Of a DNA stretch of 64,000 nt, positions 61,686 through 64,000 are shown one piece after another. The DNA comes from Thermodesulfovibrionales bacterium (GTDB lineage: Bacteria; Nitrospirota; Thermodesulfovibrionia; Thermodesulfovibrionales; SM23-35): assembly GCA_041658585.1 (NCBI GenBank), contig JBAZZX010000004.1, positions 38,286 to 102,285 of the forward strand. Direction: 5' to 3'. Each line of letters opens with the position of its first letter. The stretch's first letter is position 1. The position numbers and the translations under genes were made by a program. A model generated the notes under the pieces. It saw only the letters and a program-made list of their open reading frames with translations, ran no database searches and had not been told where the DNA came from.

Positions 61686-64000
61686 CTATACAACTTGCGA
61701 GTTTACTCTTATCTTACCGTTTTTTGACAATTTATCCTTCAAAAAACTTCCGGTATAAGAGTCGGGATTCATGCTGACTTCTTCAGGGGTCCCATGTGCA
61801 ATAACCTCTCCTCCTTTATCTCCTCCCTCAGGACCGAGGTCTATTATATAGTCGGCAGATTTAATAACATCAAGATTGTGCTCAATAACGATTACGGTAT
61901 TGCCCGAATCGACAAGACTGTTAATGACCTGAAGGAGTTTCTGAATATCGACAAAATGGAGCCCGGTTGTAGGTTCGTCAAGTATGTATAAGGTATTTCC
62001 TGTGGAATTTTTTCCGAGCTCCCGTGAAAGTCTCACCCTCTGGGACTCGCCGCCTGAAAGGGTCGAAGCAGGCTGACCAAGCTGAAGATAACCCAGACCT
62101 ACGTCTTCAAGCACTTCCAATTTCCGGCGCAAAAGAGAAATGTTCGAAAAAAACTGAAGCGCCTCTGATACGGTCATTTCGAGCGCCTCGGCAATATTTT
62201 TCCCTTTATATCGTATCTCAAGGGTTTCTCTGTTGTAACGTTTGCCTTTACAGGAATCACATGGGATATAGGCGTCGGGCAGAAAATGCATTTCAACCTT
62301 AATGAGACCGGCGCCATTACAGGATTCACACCTGCCTCCAACGAGATTGAAACTGAACCTGGATGAGGCATATCCCCGCACCCGAGCATCCGGTATCCGG
62401 GAAAACAACTCTCTGATAAAGGTGAACGCTCCTATATATGTCGCCGGGTTGGACCTCGGGGTTTTTCCTAATTGTGACTGGTCTACACATATCACACTGT
62501 CTATTTTATCCATTCCCGATATTTCCTTATATTTGCCGGGTGAAGGCATACCGCATGTCGGTTCTTTGCAGAAATGTTTTAGCAGTGCTTTATAAAGTAC
62601 CTCAAAAACAAGGGTGCTTTTCCCCGAGCCTGATACCCCTGTGATACAGGTAAAGGCTTTCAAAGGAATGGAAACGCTGATATTCCTGAGATTGAATTCC
62701 CGGGCGCCTGCAATGTTTATAAAATCCTTTGGGACCCTTCGCAGGAGAGGCACATCTATGGACATTAAGCCGGTGAGGTATTTCCCGGTCAAAGAGTTTT
62801 CGTTTTTTTCGATTTCCTTGGGACTCCCTGAAGCCGTGATCCAGCCGCCTCTGCTGCCGGCGCCCGGACCCATATCTACAATGTAATCGGCCCAGCGGAT
62901 CGTTTCCTCGTCGTGTTCAACTACGACAACGGTGTTTCCTGCATCTCTCATGGCTGAGAGGCTTTCCAGAAGCCTGCTGCAATCGCGCGGATGCATGCCG
63001 ATGCTCGGCTCGTCAAGTATATACAGTACGCCTGTGAGAGAAGAACCGAGCTGTGTCGCAAGTCTTATCCTCTGGGCCTCGCCTCCCGAGATTGTCAGTG
63101 AAGACCTGTTAAGAGTCAGATAACCAAGGCCGACCTTATCAAGAAAATGGAGCCTGTCTCTCACCTCTTTTAGAATACGAAACGCTATAGTCTGTTCCCT
63201 ATCGGTAAGTTTCAGATTGTCGAGAAAAGACAGGGCGTCTTTGACGGACCTGCAGGCGAATTCGCTGATGTTGACGTCCCGGATAGTAATGCTTAAGGCT
63301 TCTTTGCGTAATCTCGCGCCATTGCAAAGCCTGCATATTTTATATCCTTCTTCCAATTCGTGAATATCTTCATCGATATTTTCCACGCCTAACCCTTTGC
63401 ATCTTGAGCAGGCGCCCTGTCTGCTGTTAAAAGAGAAAAACATGGGGTTGATTTCGGGATAGCTGATGCCGCACTTCGGGCATACTGCGGTTTTTGAAAA
63501 CAGGATATCTTTGTCTCCGGATAGCAGGTTTATTACAACGACATCCGAATATTTGAGGGCCGTTTCTATACCGTCTTTCAATTGCCGGTCTACCCCGGGT
63601 TTTATGATCAGCCTGTCGATAATGACTTCTATGGTGTGGCGTTTATGTTTATTTAGAGAGATGTCCCGTGTCAGGTCCGTTAATGCGCCGTCTATCCTTG
63701 CCCTGATGAACCCCTCACGCCGCATTTCCTGAAGCTCTTTCCGGTATTCACCTTTCCTGTCCCTGACAATCGGCGCAAGTATCTGAATCCTGCTCCCCTG
63801 GGGCAGGGACATAACCGACATGATAATACCTGATGCATCCTGTTTTTTGATCATCGAACCGCAGTTATAACAGGCCTGTTTCCCGATCCTTGTGTAAAGG
63901 ACGCGCATATAATCATAAATCTCGGTAATTGTTCCTACCGTAGACCGCGGGCTGCGTGTGACGGTTTTTTGATCTATGGAAATGGAAGGCGACAACCCCT
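61686..64000 (-). CDS. uvrA: Excinuclease ABC subunit A (N-terminus lies beyond the right window edge)
   Basis: More than 770 aa, open to the window end. Zinc-finger CxxC pairs, GVSGSGKSTL, LSGGEAQRIRLA and LSGGESQRVRL. Confidence 0.95.
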   Translation of the reverse strand, partial: GLSPSISIDQKTVTRSPRSTVGTITEIYDYMRVLYTRIGKQACYNCGSMIKKQDASGIIMSVMSLPQGSRIQILAPIVRDRKGEYRKELQEMRREGFIRARIDGALTDLTRDISLNKHKRHTIEVIIDRLIIKPGVDRQLKDGIETALKYSDVVVINLLSGDKDILFSKTAVCPKCGISYPEINPMFFSFNSRQGACSRCKGLGVENIDEDIHELEEGYKICRLCNGARLRKEALSITIRDVNISEFACRSVKDALSFLDNLKLTDREQTIAFRILKEVRDRLHFLDKVGLGYLTLNRSSLTISGGEAQRIRLATQLGSSLTGVLYILDEPSIGMHPRDCSRLLESLSAMRDAGNTVVVVEHDEETIRWADYIVDMGPGAGSRGGWITASGSPKEIEKNENSLTGKYLTGLMSIDVPLLRRVPKDFINIAGAREFNLRNISVSIPLKAFTCITGVSGSGKSTLVFEVLYKALLKHFCKEPTCGMPSPGKYKEISGMDKIDSVICVDQSQLGKTPRSNPATYIGAFTFIRELFSRIPDARVRGYASSRFSFNLVGGRCESCNGAGLIKVEMHFLPDAYIPCDSCKGKRYNRETLEIRYKGKNIAEALEMTVSEALQFFSNISLLRRKLEVLEDVGLGYLQLGQPASTLSGGESQRVRLSRELGKNSTGNTLYILDEPTTGLHFVDIQKLLQVINSLVDSGNTVIVIEHNLDVIKSADYIIDLGPEGGDKGGEVIAHGTPEEVSMNPDSYTGSFLKDKLSKNGKIRVNSQVV

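Overview
This is a 64-kb chromosomal segment from a moderately AT-rich bacterium. Taxonomy cannot be established from the window; the gene content and the abundant palindromic intergenic repeats resemble uncultivated anaerobes such as Nitrospirota or Desulfobacterota, but that is only an impression. I support about 75 protein genes, one intact tRNA-Leu(UAA), one orphan tRNA-Leu 3-prime fragment, no rRNA and no CRISPR array. Housekeeping content: moaC, a polyprenyl synthase, greB, dus, csp, a DEAD-box helicase, trkAH, dapB, yacG, mutS2, rarA, nifUS, pepA, cardiolipin synthase, apbE, uvrA, a two-subunit biotin carboxylase and an OmpR/HK envelope module. c-di-GMP signalling is dense: PAS-GGDEF(degenerate)-EAL, REC-PilZ, REC-HD-GYP and CBS-PAS-GGDEF proteins. 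Accessory content: (1) An ~11-kb integrated element at 3.9-14.9 kb encodes an RHH regulator, a serine recombinase, about 10 unknown small ORFs, a primase-helicase with iteron-like repeats in its 3-prime end, TerS-like and TerL proteins, a PD-(D/E)xK nuclease and a tyrosine integrase abutting a tRNA-Leu 3-prime fragment. I recognise no portal, capsid, tail or lysis gene in it. I rate it the most interesting object in the window, as a candidate terminase-carrying phage satellite, with a deleted prophage remnant as the alternative. (2) A promoter-proximal hairpin plus T6 leader is duplicated upstream of csp and of a distant locus, each followed by a paralogous Cys/His-containing ~125-aa protein of unknown family. 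(3) A free-standing promoter-plus-terminator unit at ~27.96-28.09 kb is a candidate ~95-nt sRNA. (4) Two same-orientation copies of a ~170-nt TIR (MITE-like) element bracket the apbE/NusG-II/Gx operon. (5) Several families of nested palindromic intergenic elements are present. (6) A decayed toxin-antitoxin island lies at the 3-prime side of tRNA-Leu(UAA). All functional calls rest on motifs read by eye from the supplied translations; no database search was possible.
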